Positions 30,201 to 39,188 of a stretch of 48,259 nt of DNA are shown here, one piece after another. The DNA comes from an uncultured bacterium. Its GTDB lineage: Bacteria; CSSED10-310; CAZUFC01. The stretch covers positions 1-48,259 of the forward strand of contig CAZUFC010000061.1 of assembly GCA_964619725.1 (NCBI GenBank). Direction: 5' to 3'. The notes below the pieces were generated by a model. That model was not told the origin of the DNA. It was given only the letters and a program-made list of their open reading frames with translations, and did not search any database. Position 1 is the first letter of the stretch, and every line of letters begins with the position of its first letter. The position numbers were made by a program, and so were the translations under genes.

Positions 30201-30418
30201 ATTAAATCAATAACCGGAAAAAAACCTACAGGACGGTAATAACTCTCTTCCCAACGGGGCAATACAAAATCGGACGCAGCCTTGCCCAGCTCCGAAAAGG
30301 CTTCCTCCATTACTCCAGCCTTCGCTGATGAAATGCCGCTCAAAACAGACCACCCTGAAATTACGATCAAACATAAAAAAATGCCTTTCAATGCTTTCAA
30401 ATTACAGTAAACTCCCAT
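27212..30418 (-). CDS. Large exported protein: DxxGxDxY repeats + HEAT repeats + TPR
   Basis: Signal peptide; more than 10 (L/I)DxxGxDxY units; D.D..VR..AA.AL HEAT units; YLDTLAEACYQNG TPR; SD AAGGAG. Confidence 0.85.
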   Translation of the reverse strand: MGVYCNLKALKGIFLCLIVISGWSVLSGISSAKAGVMEEAFSELGKAASDFVLPRWEESYYRPVGFFPVIDLIGFDPFSLPDYAEQASLMIKEAGVPSEVFEALLRAVLAEVPVTSEVHVFKTIRQGPEGRTHIEGGDWDSALIEDEETGVALEEFGRVFNVANRLRERALAGLTEQDRHFLTSDIGLYFYENGMLRFLTSAVGKQHSIMEIVRKTDVPALFQAQLLLLKAAERYLDRLEEFSSTIDPVDDQILLEADFPWGRMIVGGTGANIYEEDAALLIDLGGNDVYRNNAGGTGAGKTGTALLIDLSGDDVYRSKEAGAQGFGFLGTGALIDLSGDDNYSAMDFSQGGGYLGAGMLWDADGNDDYHGRNFVQGVGLFGGGILCDLNGDDRYLANQLAQGFGSTLGTGLLNDRAGDDRYSAEESGYGFAQGSGCGCRSYPWLRDYSFYGGVGFLIDQQGDDSYKAASFVQGGSYFLSLGILVDEKGNDYYAGKGSYSHGGGVHLTNGYMLDREGDDIYFGAWAGTAVGNDRSAGFFMDMKGADRYYAGSCCGQGYSHKPHGLSLFIEAAGDDIYRAEEHSQAYVLPPIIPGNWGHVIFTDYSGKDFYSIEGRGDNRSWLENGHAVGIDTESEWNDDFFDDHTFSAFQNGSFFRYADRKKEEIFDPYHLCAAVGKTVATAKTSDGAELFARLKKASGAESVIVREAITEFMLQKETEPPAPATLCEGLESDSPEIRAFTAMIIDIYETEFCGHSLIENLDDPEPYVRKLIYRAAGSVAPDRGLPQLEKAYVSEENADCRAALVSAIGAYKDQPAFDTIALAATDPDEHVRMAAASALAAFEKNEAVALLRGLSHDESPYVKKTAGESLLKLGQREGALPMIEYLRFYALDTSSDNYGSNIGAVLTEYANVDFGRNYDQWITWYKKNGRSFDLKKNLQAREQYRKALKHRRNGNQKDMMIAFEEALEENPDYLKAKIDYASVLNNKAWNLVTSPENDHDLTRGLELARRCVELDPQPNYLDTLAEACYQNGLFQEAFEYQKKALDKDENNSEFLKRLNKIRKSLQES

Positions 30419-30554
30419 GCCTGCTCCTTTCGTTCCTTTTGATGCTTATTCCCGCTGAGACGGTTTTTTTATCGTAATGGTCTTTGAATTGTATTTTCTT
30501 TCAATCTTTATTCTGCCCAAACCGCAGATACGATATTCCTGATCGTCAGTCGTC

Positions 30555-31598
30555 TCAGTCGTTTCCTGGCCCGAATCCCCAGGAAATTAAAGAGGTTTGA
30601 CCGATGATGTCGAAATTATTGCGGCCTGCTACAGCCGAAATGAATTTTATCCCTGAAACCGCATCCGATACTTCCGGCCAAACAAAAGAAAGTATATCCT
30701 GAAAATGGTATCCCTTTCTCAAATAGGTCGGATACTTGTCCATCTGCCGACCCCAGGACGGATAGAACCAGAATTCGCCGTATACTTCCAGCAGAACGTA
30801 AAGATCGACGTCTGTCGTCGTTCCTTCATTTCCCATTAATACCTTTAAGTCAAACGGGTCGCCAGGAACGAAATACAGGCGGTTCAAGCGAAGCTTAACG
30901 CCCGTAAAAGGCTCCGGCGTAAAAGTGGGCGGCGACGTGTAATATGGCGTCGGAGTATGAGTAGGCGTCGGAGTCGATTCATCAGGCGGCGTTTCTGTGG
31001 GAGCGGGCGAATAAGTCGGAGTAGGCGGTTCGCCGACATACGCCTCTATGCATATCGTCGCATAGTCCTCTGCAAAAGAGTATTGTTCTGTTCCCTCCGC
31101 GTGGTCGCCTTCATAATAATAGTAATCGGAACTGTGGTTGCGATAACCGCAATCCAGATCGGCAGCATCGGCATATCCCGTTATACCTATGTAATCCCCG
31201 GCCTGCACTCCCTCAAGATTTACGCTGAGCGTCTGCAGGCCCGCAGTCGATTCCAGCTCCCCGCTCTCCGCTATCAGGGCAAACGTCGTTCCTTGAACCC
31301 TGCGTAATACCTTCACCCTGTAACATACCCCGTCATGACCGAAATTGGTCCTTATCTGCGTTATCATACCGGAAGAGGGCGCCGTCGAATCACATGCTAT
31401 CAGCGTTATGACGTCCGCAATAGGTGTGTCGGCCGTTGCAGCCGTCAGTCCTCCGAACCATCCGTCACGGCCTCTCTTACCCGTCCGGGCTTCCACTTGC
31501 GACGAAAAAATCCATATTGATGAAAATGCCGTGATGATTATCATCACAATCAGATGCGCTTTCCTTCCCAATGCTTCACAAACGCCTCCCGGTCTCAT
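30555..31598 (-). CDS. Secreted protein with unknown beta-rich domain, Pro/Thr linker and shared C-terminal domain
   Basis: AGGAGG SD before ATG 31598; signal peptide ending VEA; PT linker; C-terminal domain homologous to three other proteins in the window. Confidence 0.75.
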   Translation of the reverse strand: MRPGGVCEALGRKAHLIVMIIITAFSSIWIFSSQVEARTGKRGRDGWFGGLTAATADTPIADVITLIACDSTAPSSGMITQIRTNFGHDGVCYRVKVLRRVQGTTFALIAESGELESTAGLQTLSVNLEGVQAGDYIGITGYADAADLDCGYRNHSSDYYYYEGDHAEGTEQYSFAEDYATICIEAYVGEPPTPTYSPAPTETPPDESTPTPTHTPTPYYTSPPTFTPEPFTGVKLRLNRLYFVPGDPFDLKVLMGNEGTTTDVDLYVLLEVYGEFWFYPSWGRQMDKYPTYLRKGYHFQDILSFVWPEVSDAVSGIKFISAVAGRNNFDIIGQTSLISWGFGPGND

Positions 31599-31714
31599 GC
31601 CCCTCGTCCTCCTGATGTTAATTCGATTAACTTCATGTTCTCTCTGCAAAATTCCTGAATGATTCACCTTTCCTATTATAACCGCTTCTCCTGCCCGCAG
31701 CAAGAAAGCTTTCC

Positions 31715-31742
31715 TTGACAATTCAAATACTTCTGATAAAGT
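31715..31742 (+). promoter_or_regulatory. Sigma-70 promoter of the yicC operon
   Basis: TTGACA-16 bp-TAAAGT with extended TG; GGAGG SD follows. Confidence 0.65.
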
Positions 31743-31768
31743 TAATCGCTTGATCGGAGGTCGATCAA

Positions 31769-32650
31769 ATGTTGAAAAGCATGACCGGTTACGGCGCTTC
31801 CAGAATCGAAAATAATCACAGGTATCTAGAATTTTCCATTAGAAGTCTTAATCATCGATTCAGCAACTTCAGTTTCAGGCTTCCGAGAGCGCTGCAGCCG
31901 CTGGAATCCAAAATTAAAAACTTCATTCAGCAGTATGTGCAAAGAGGACGAATAGAAGTTAACGCGGAATTGCAGGTAAGAGATGTCGGCGAAGATATGG
32001 TTTGCCTGAATCTTCCCCTGGCCGAACAATATTACGAGCGGCTGAAGGATTTGAAAGTCAAGTTTGATTTTAAAGACACCATTGTTCTGCGTTCTCTTAC
32101 CACGTTTCAGGATATTTTCCAGGTGAAAGAACCGGAAATAGACATGGATGAGTTGTGGAAAGATGTGAAAAAAGCCCTGAGCGAAGCGCTGAAAATGCTT
32201 AATGAAGCCAGAGAGAAAGAGGGTGCGGCCATAGAAGCGGACGTGAAGAAGCGCATGAAATTGCTGCAGGGTTTTACCGATGAGATTGATCAGGAATCGC
32301 AGACGGTCATTGACGAAACCCGGAAAAAATTAAAAGAAAAAATAAGCCGTATACTGGAAGAAGGGGAACCTGATCCTTACAGGTTGGAGCAGGAAATAGC
32401 CTTTCTGGCCGCCAGGTCGGATATTACTGAAGAACTGACGCGTATAAGAAGTCATTTCGATCAGTTATACGGATTCCTGGAAGAGAAAGAAGAAGCCGCC
32501 GGCAGAAAAATCGATTTTCTGATTCAGGAATTGCAAAGAGAAATAAATACCATCGGGTCCAAAGCCGGCGGAAAGTCACTGATCAGAAACGTAGTGCTTT
32601 TTAAAGGCGAACTGGAAAAGATACGCGAGCAGATTCAAAATGTGGAATAG
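31769..32650 (+). CDS. yicC: YicC/YloC family endoribonuclease
   Basis: MLKSMTGYG, SLNHRF, DITEELTR, GRKIDFLIQELQREINTIGSK, EKIREQIQNVE. Confidence 0.95.
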   Translation: MLKSMTGYGASRIENNHRYLEFSIRSLNHRFSNFSFRLPRALQPLESKIKNFIQQYVQRGRIEVNAELQVRDVGEDMVCLNLPLAEQYYERLKDLKVKFDFKDTIVLRSLTTFQDIFQVKEPEIDMDELWKDVKKALSEALKMLNEAREKEGAAIEADVKKRMKLLQGFTDEIDQESQTVIDETRKKLKEKISRILEEGEPDPYRLEQEIAFLAARSDITEELTRIRSHFDQLYGFLEEKEEAAGRKIDFLIQELQREINTIGSKAGGKSLIRNVVLFKGELEKIREQIQNVE

Positions 32651-32662
32651 GAAGGTTGACGA

Positions 32663-32908
32663 GTGAAACTGTTGAACATAGGATTCGGCAACGCTGTCGT
32701 CGCGTCGCGGGTCGTAGCGATTTTATTTCCCGACTCAGCCCCGGTAAAAAGGTTCAGGGAAGAAGCGAAAAACCGCGGAAAGCTTCTGGATGGGTCTCAG
32801 GGCCGCAAAACCAGGGCCGTCGTCGTTACGGACAGCGATCACGCGATACTGTCCGCTATCCAGTATGAAACTTTGATTCAAAGACTGGAAAAGTTGAGCG
32901 CTGATTAA
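32663..32908 (+). CDS. remA: DUF370/RemA family protein
   Basis: [36 protein letters not shown]. Confidence 0.93.
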   Translation: MKLLNIGFGNAVVASRVVAILFPDSAPVKRFREEAKNRGKLLDGSQGRKTRAVVVTDSDHAILSAIQYETLIQRLEKLSAD

Positions 32909-32910
32909 AA

Positions 32911-33567
32911 ATGAAAACTGAAAACGGCAGCGTCGACAAAATGGAATGGTCTTTCGATATGAGCCGCCGGTTTCGCATATGCTTCGTCCTTTCATCTCCT
33001 TCAGGCGGAGGCAAAACGACGATATTGAACGAGGCGATCCGTCGGATGGAAGGAGTCAGGCATTCCGTCTCTTTTACGACGCGAAAAATACGGGATGAGG
33101 AAGAGGATGGAGTAGATTATTGTTTTACGGATGAGGCGACGTTCAAGCAGAAAATAATCAATGATGATTTTATAGAATGGGCCGTCGTTCACGGGCATTA
33201 CTACGGAACTGATAAACAACACCTGCAGAAAATGCTCGAAGCCGGTTCCGACGTTCTTCTGGACATCGATACAGTCGGCGCCGGAAAACTGAAAAAAGAA
33301 ATGCCTCACGCCGTTCTGGTTTTCATCTGTCCCCCTTCCCAAAAGGTCCTGGAGCGTCGCTTGCGGGAACGCGATGCCGATGCAGAACGGGATATTGCCA
33401 TCAGGTTAAATAACGCAGATATGGAAGTGAATGAATATGCTCATTACGATTACATGATTCTTAACGATGATCTAGAAAAAGCCGTACGCGACATGATGGC
33501 CATAATTACCGCCGAAAGGTTGAAAGTTTCAAGATTGAAAGATGCGCTTCGACGTCCCGGCGTTTAA
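32911..33567 (+). CDS. gmk: Guanylate kinase
   Basis: SPSGGGKTT, SVSFTTR, DGVDYCF, YYGT, LLDID; the start could be a later ATG. Confidence 0.95.
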   Translation: MKTENGSVDKMEWSFDMSRRFRICFVLSSPSGGGKTTILNEAIRRMEGVRHSVSFTTRKIRDEEEDGVDYCFTDEATFKQKIINDDFIEWAVVHGHYYGTDKQHLQKMLEAGSDVLLDIDTVGAGKLKKEMPHAVLVFICPPSQKVLERRLRERDADAERDIAIRLNNADMEVNEYAHYDYMILNDDLEKAVRDMMAIITAERLKVSRLKDALRRPGV

Positions 33568-33622
33568 ATAATGATAAAAATGCAAAGAAAACAAATAAAA
33601 TATGAAAGGAGTGACTCGATCA

Positions 33623-33853
33623 ATGGATTTAAAATTGATTGAAGAAGTTATCCAGCGCTCAGGAAGCCGCTATCGCGCGGTCCTTATGGCCGCGAGAAGG
33701 GCTAAACAAATTCAAAAAGGTTCGCAGCCTACAGTGGAGTCCAAAGGCAAGAAACCAATCGCTACGGCGATGGAGGAAATTTCGGCCGATAAGGTCAAAC
33801 CGCTGGAAGAATCAGAAATCAGTCCTGCCGACGATTTCAACATCATGATATAA
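33623..33853 (+). CDS. rpoZ: RNA polymerase omega subunit
   Basis: SRYRAVLMAARRAKQI, KPIATAMEEI; canonical position; SD AAGGAG. Confidence 0.93.
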   Translation: MDLKLIEEVIQRSGSRYRAVLMAARRAKQIQKGSQPTVESKGKKPIATAMEEISADKVKPLEESEISPADDFNIMI

Positions 33854-34013
33854 GGTTCCGTATTTTTATATCGGAGGACGAGCTTAAGACGGTCATTCTT
33901 TAAAGAGCCGGTGCGAGGACAGTAAACTTTGAAAACGGGTTTGCAGGCGCTCTGCCGGGGGAATTGGTCAGAAGAAGGTAGAAGCGATATTCCGGCATTA
34001 GCGTTGTTTTAAT

Positions 34014-35249
34014 ATGAAACGGTACGAAAGTTTTCTTAAAGGTAAGGAAATCATTCTGGGCATTACAGGAGGCATAGCCGCTTACAAGGCCGCCGAAACA
34101 GTTCGTTTGTTCAAAAAAGCGCAAGCCTGCGTCACTGTAGTCATGACGGAAAACGCTCAGCGCTTCATAACGCCCTTGACGCTGGAGGTTCTTTCGGAGC
34201 GGCCGGTTGTGGTTTCACTGTGGAAACGGGAAAACGCAACATTCAATACGACTCATGTAAGCCTGTCTGACAAGGCTGATCTGGCCGTCATCGCTCCAGC
34301 TTCCGCCAATATGATCGGCAAATATGCGTCAGGAATCGCCGATGATTTCATCAGTACGTTTCTTCTCAGTTGCCGGCGACCCGTTTTTATGGCTCCCGCT
34401 ATGAATGTGAAAATGCTGGAGAATCCTGCGGTTCAATCGAATATCGAAACATTAAAAAGCCGGGGTGTGCGGTTTATCGAACCGGGCGAAGGATGGCTGG
34501 CATGCGGATATACGGGAAAGGGTCGCATGGCCGAACCGGCTGATATTCTGAAAAACATATGCGCTTTCCTGGAACGGAGAATGGACCTGAAAGGCAAGAG
34601 AATCCTGATTACCGCCGGTCCCACCAGGGAATTCCTGGACCCCGTTCGATTTATTTCCAACCCCTCCAGCGGAAGAATGGGCTATGCACTGGCGGAAAAG
34701 GCCGCCCAAAGAGGAGCCGATGTAACCCTTATCTCCGGCCCCACTGCCGTAGAGCCGCCTGCGGGCATCAATATCATTCCCGTCGTTTCCTGCAGCGATA
34801 TGCATATTAAAACAAAAGAACATTTCAAGCGCTCCGACGCGCTTATTATGGCTTCAGCGCCCGCTGACTTCCAACCGGTCGAAAAATACGCCGGAAAATT
34901 GAAAAAAAACGATACAGGCTCACTTAACCTGGAACTGCGCCGGACGACCGATATCCTGCAGGACCTGAGCGAAGAGAAAGAAAACAAAGTCCTGATAGGT
35001 TTCGCTGCAGAAACCGATAATCTGAAAGAAAACGCCCGGCTGAAACTGAAAAAGAAAAACCTGGATATGATAATCCTTAACGACGTCGCTCATCCCGATG
35101 CCGGTTTCGAGAAAACAACCAACATAGCTGCCCTGATGTTTCCCGATAACTCCTCGATAGACCTGCCTAAAATGCAGAAAACAGACCTGGCCGATCGCAT
35201 ACTCGACGAACTGCTTAAAATAATCAAAAAGAGAAAATCCAACGCCTGA
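34014..35249 (+). CDS. coaBC: Phosphopantothenoylcysteine decarboxylase/synthetase
   Basis: [52 protein letters not shown]. Confidence 0.96.
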   Translation: MKRYESFLKGKEIILGITGGIAAYKAAETVRLFKKAQACVTVVMTENAQRFITPLTLEVLSERPVVVSLWKRENATFNTTHVSLSDKADLAVIAPASANMIGKYASGIADDFISTFLLSCRRPVFMAPAMNVKMLENPAVQSNIETLKSRGVRFIEPGEGWLACGYTGKGRMAEPADILKNICAFLERRMDLKGKRILITAGPTREFLDPVRFISNPSSGRMGYALAEKAAQRGADVTLISGPTAVEPPAGINIIPVVSCSDMHIKTKEHFKRSDALIMASAPADFQPVEKYAGKLKKNDTGSLNLELRRTTDILQDLSEEKENKVLIGFAAETDNLKENARLKLKKKNLDMIILNDVAHPDAGFEKTTNIAALMFPDNSSIDLPKMQKTDLADRILDELLKIIKKRKSNA

Positions 35250-35281
35250 GTCACGGGCGTCATGGAAGACTAAAGTATATG

Positions 35282-35328
35282 TTTCGGGGGTTTGCGAAGG
35301 GCTCTGACCCCCTCGGGAACCCCCGAAA
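35282..35328. repeat. Inverted repeat enclosing the REP-like core; possible bidirectional terminator
   Basis: TTTCGGGGGTT...AACCCCCGAAA flanking GGGCTCTGACCCC, between convergent genes. Confidence 0.7.
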
Positions 35329-35386
35329 AATCTAGTTATTTTTATCGCCTGCCCGCGTTGACTTGCCGAAGAATGTCTTTACGGCG

Positions 35387-36808
35387 CTATCTGTTTTTTC
35401 GCATGATCAGAAGTCCGAAAACGAAAATAAGCAGGCTGATGCCTATGGGAGCCAGGGCTGGTACCGGCGGTCCTTCCTGGACCACGGCGCGAATACAGGC
35501 ATCGTAGGGGAATCCTCCCAGGCTTCCGTGGCCGAAACGCATCCAACTGCCTGCGGCATTGTTCATGCTGAGCCAGGATTCATCGGAGCAGGCGCCGATG
35601 GAATCGAGCGTGAGTGCGAAGCCTCCGCTGCTGACCGTTGACCTCATAGCGATATAATAATCGTCTCCTGCGGGAACCTGTATGGGCGGGTCGACGTCAA
35701 TGGAATACAATCCGGCCTTGTCCGCGTATCCCGTTATGGTCGACCCCAATTGATTGTAAAATGTTGAGGCGTTGTCGGTTCCGGAACGGTCGTCGTAAAT
35801 AATAATTTCATAATCCATCTGGTCGTGAATTGTGAAAAACTCGATCCGGTGAATCGTAACATTACTCAGGCCACTGTAGAAATGCTGGGCTGACCAGGTG
35901 GTGTTGGCCCCGCTTTGTCCGAAAGACTGCACGCATCCGTGGTCGTCATGGCACATAAGCTTTAATCCCTGGTCTTCCAGAGGTTCTTCTACTTCGGTCA
36001 ATGCCACGGCTCCCACGCCTATATTCATGGAATCATAGGAAATATAAAAGTATCCATCATCGCCCCAGTCGGCGCCCCAGGAATTTTTTACGATCCAGCC
36101 TGGTGAGCCGCTTCCCAGAAGATTGTCATCGTAACCTACGATAACGACGGCGTGATTGCTGGAACTTGAAGGATAACCCGTAATGACGAATGAACCGTCG
36201 TATGATGTGAATCCTGACCAAGCTCCGGTATCGACGCCGCAATACACAGGACCATGATTTATGAGAGCGTTCTGGATCGACGCCGTTGAATCGTCGCAAT
36301 ATTTGAACGAACGGAGCCTGTAAGGACGGGATGTGCAGCTCCAGATACAACCTGGATCAGAGCTGTCGCCGGGCCACGGAGCGCATGTCTCCTCTGCCTG
36401 ACCGAATGTGGTCAAATGGCTGGAGGACATCCAGATATTGCCGAACGTACCGCAGTTGGCGCTTCGGGGTCCGCATTCCCTCAAATAGATTTCAGAAAAA
36501 TCCTCCACCGGATTCCCCGGCCAGAAATAACGGATTTTTCCTTCCAGCGCCCCCATGGTCGCAAATATCCAGCAGTTGTCGCACGGCGCCTGATCTTCTA
36601 CGGGAGTCACGCCCATCGGAGTCGTCGTACGGTAATCCAGTCCCCCGCGCTTCATGGTTTTCAGGTATACATTTACTGGATCACGTTTTTCATAAGGACT
36701 GAAAATAGGACTGTCGTTCAATATCGGACCGCTGGAAAATTCAGCCGCTTCAGCGCCCGATATGCCCATTAATGCCGACAACATGATTAAGCATACTAAT
36801 TTTTTCAC
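35387..36808 (-). CDS. Secreted C1A (papain-family) peptidase with lectin-like domain and IPTL-CTERM-like anchor
   Basis: QAPCDNCWIF, NHAVVIVGY, KNSWGADWGDDGY; tail VPALAPIG-TM-RKNR; GTG start with AAGGAGG. Confidence 0.9.
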   Translation of the reverse strand: MKKLVCLIMLSALMGISGAEAAEFSSGPILNDSPIFSPYEKRDPVNVYLKTMKRGGLDYRTTTPMGVTPVEDQAPCDNCWIFATMGALEGKIRYFWPGNPVEDFSEIYLRECGPRSANCGTFGNIWMSSSHLTTFGQAEETCAPWPGDSSDPGCIWSCTSRPYRLRSFKYCDDSTASIQNALINHGPVYCGVDTGAWSGFTSYDGSFVITGYPSSSSNHAVVIVGYDDNLLGSGSPGWIVKNSWGADWGDDGYFYISYDSMNIGVGAVALTEVEEPLEDQGLKLMCHDDHGCVQSFGQSGANTTWSAQHFYSGLSNVTIHRIEFFTIHDQMDYEIIIYDDRSGTDNASTFYNQLGSTITGYADKAGLYSIDVDPPIQVPAGDDYYIAMRSTVSSGGFALTLDSIGACSDESWLSMNNAAGSWMRFGHGSLGGFPYDACIRAVVQEGPPVPALAPIGISLLIFVFGLLIMRKNR

Positions 36809-37291
36809 GTCGCCTCCTTTTCTAACGAATGAAAGAATAAATCGATTCCTTTACCCAGTGCGGACGCTTCCTGCAAATCCGCATAAATAAAACATTTAAA
36901 AGGTTTTTCCCGGAATGATCAATCAACACTCTCACCACTCCCGCAAACTGAGGCTCGCCGGTTTTCTTCGTAATTCCGTCGATTGCTCATACCGCTTACT
37001 TCCTCGTTCCCTGCCCGGCACAAAATACCAAAAAAATCGCAACTCCAGGGCTCTCAAACCGCGATTTCACAGGACGATCAAATGGAGACGATGATCCCTT
37101 CCAAAAAGGGGGAAACCGACTGTTTCGGCTTCCCCGCATCATTTATTATGACTCCCCTTAACTTCCCTTTCGCATATCAAAATAAAGGCGCCCTGAGTCC
37201 GGGCACATATCTTTTACTACTGATAAAAACTCTAAAGTCAAAAAAAAGCGAAAAAAAATTTCAGGTTTGAAATAAAATATGTTTCACGAGA

Positions 37292-38332
37292 CTAAAGAAT
37301 GAGCCGGAATCCCAGGACGGCGGTGAATGCCGTCAGGAGGATGAGAAACCTGCCGAGTTGTGGGTGGATTCTTCTGGTGAGTTTTTTGAAAGGATGTTTC
37401 GCAAACTGGGCGTAACCTGTGGTCAAGGCCGACAGAGCGCCGAGGACTGCAACGGCTCCGAGGATCGAATGAAGTTTTCTGAAATGGCCGGTTTCGGATA
37501 TTATCACCATATAAAAGGCAATGATCAATCCCGTCAGGGAAAAGATGTTGGCCAGTATTCCTGCAGTTTTGTGCGCTTTCAGTCGCCATTTTTTCTTTCC
37601 GGCATAGCGGATGATGATGAAACCGGCGACCATGGCCAGGAGAGAGGACGACATAAGGAAAGCATGATAAGGCCATAACAGGATTGACGTTTTGCCTGTC
37701 GTTTCACCGGTGCGGAAATTTATTGTGCCCTTGCCCATGGCGGAATGATCCGATTCAGGGTCGTCATTCAAACCGAGCGCCCAGATTATACTAAGGGGTT
37801 CCGAACCGGAGACGGCTTTATCCCATTGATCGCCGGTGTCCCGTTTTCTTTTGAATTCAATCACCGTAGTGAAAAAATCTTCTCTGCCGGCGTATTCGAT
37901 TATGTCATGCGTTCCTCCCAATTGTTCATCCGGCGGATGGGGCCCTTTTTCGCCGACGGACCAGCTATCCAGGACCGTCGTTTCGCTGTCGTCTGCAACC
38001 CATCCCACAATGATATCGGCATCCTTCATTTTGACTTCAGGGTCTAAGCCCAGCCCAATCCATCCGATATCTTCGGCTGAAATGCCGAAAAAGACGAAAT
38101 CCCCTTCCAGACGACCGTAAAGTTTGTAATTGCCGTCGAAAAAAACGGCTTCAAATTCATATTCGTCCGGATGTATATGACCGTCCACGGCTGATACCTG
38201 CGAGCCTGTCTCTGCATGACCTTCGCTGCCTTCCTCCGCATGCGCAATCGGAAATAAAAGCATCAGGATCAACCAGAAAACGGATAACGTTCGCACTGCA
38301 ATCGATGCTCCTGCAATTCCGCTGTTTTTCAT
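37292..38332 (-). CDS. DOMON domain + cytochrome b561
   Basis: GWIGLG..MKDADIIVGW, IEFKRKRDTGD, IIWALG..H; four TM helices each with His (YHA, AHK, LHS, IHP). The longer ORF's N-terminus is translated repeat DNA. Confidence 0.85.
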   Translation of the reverse strand: MKNSGIAGASIAVRTLSVFWLILMLLFPIAHAEEGSEGHAETGSQVSAVDGHIHPDEYEFEAVFFDGNYKLYGRLEGDFVFFGISAEDIGWIGLGLDPEVKMKDADIIVGWVADDSETTVLDSWSVGEKGPHPPDEQLGGTHDIIEYAGREDFFTTVIEFKRKRDTGDQWDKAVSGSEPLSIIWALGLNDDPESDHSAMGKGTINFRTGETTGKTSILLWPYHAFLMSSSLLAMVAGFIIIRYAGKKKWRLKAHKTAGILANIFSLTGLIIAFYMVIISETGHFRKLHSILGAVAVLGALSALTTGYAQFAKHPFKKLTRRIHPQLGRFLILLTAFTAVLGFRLIL

Positions 38333-38354
38333 AAAGATATCCTTTCCAAATTTC

Positions 38355-38516
38355 GGGACTGAACAAACTGGGGTTACATTTCTTTGAAAACTTTTGACAG
38401 TTTGTTCCAATAATCGGGGTCGGTATCGGTATCGGAATCGTGGGTCGAAATCAAAACAAAATGATGGAAGATTCCGTCGAATTGTAAACTCAAAAGACCT
38501 GTTTTTGATCAATGCC
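38355..38516 (-). repeat. Dispersed repeat family A, full copy
   Basis: Reverse complement aligns end to end with 19451-19593 and 41421-41662. Confidence 0.88.
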
Positions 38517-38567
38517 TTTTTTATCAGAATTGAGGTTCTTCTCAGCAGGTAAAAATGAGGGCCTCGA

Positions 38568-39092
38568 TTAGTTTTGCTTGCGATACTTGTTGTGACATGA
38601 GCTGCATGTTGAAGTCATTTTTTTGTACGACATCAGCATATTCTCATCTTCCTTGTTTTCTGCGGCTTTCGCTATGCCTTCGGCATGTTTCCCCAGCTCT
38701 TCGGCATACTTTTTAAAATCTTCAACATCATCTTTATTTCTTTCCGGCTGGAAATCGGATATTCGATCAGAGAGCATTTTTATCATGTCTGCGGCTTTTC
38801 GTATTTTGGTTTTATCAGGCGATCTGAAATTTTTCTTGATCATTTGGACCAGATCAGCCGTCGATTCCATGAAGTGATGCAGGTCATAGGGCTTTTTTTC
38901 AACAGCGCTTTTGCAATCCGTGCATCCGGAGGATTCAAACGAGACGCAGGGCATGGATTCATCCGGACAGACATAAAGGAAGCGCCCGTCATCGTCTTTA
39001 TCGCTTTTTTTTTCATCAGCGACAACCATAACGCCGGCGATCAGTGCAATAACCGCTAGAATCGAAAAGATTGTTATCGTTCTGTTGTTCAT
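38568..39092 (-). CDS. Exported class II cytochrome c (c'-like) with N-terminal Cys-rich module
   Basis: C-terminal CSSCHNKYR, helical body, LHHFM; YVCP-x4-PC-x7-CxxC after the signal peptide; SD AAGGAG. Confidence 0.8.
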   Translation of the reverse strand: MNNRTITIFSILAVIALIAGVMVVADEKKSDKDDDGRFLYVCPDESMPCVSFESSGCTDCKSAVEKKPYDLHHFMESTADLVQMIKKNFRSPDKTKIRKAADMIKMLSDRISDFQPERNKDDVEDFKKYAEELGKHAEGIAKAAENKEDENMLMSYKKMTSTCSSCHNKYRKQN

Positions 39093-39188
39093 GTTTTTCT
39101 CCTTTGAAGACGATTGATATTTTAAAGTTTGAACGGCAGTATCGACATTTCGAAATAAAACGTGAATTCTGTGCGCTCAAGGTATACA

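Noticed and set aside
33860-34010. tRNA or riboswitch between rpoZ and coaBC
   Set aside because: No T-loop/D-loop cloverleaf or riboswitch consensus that I can recognise.
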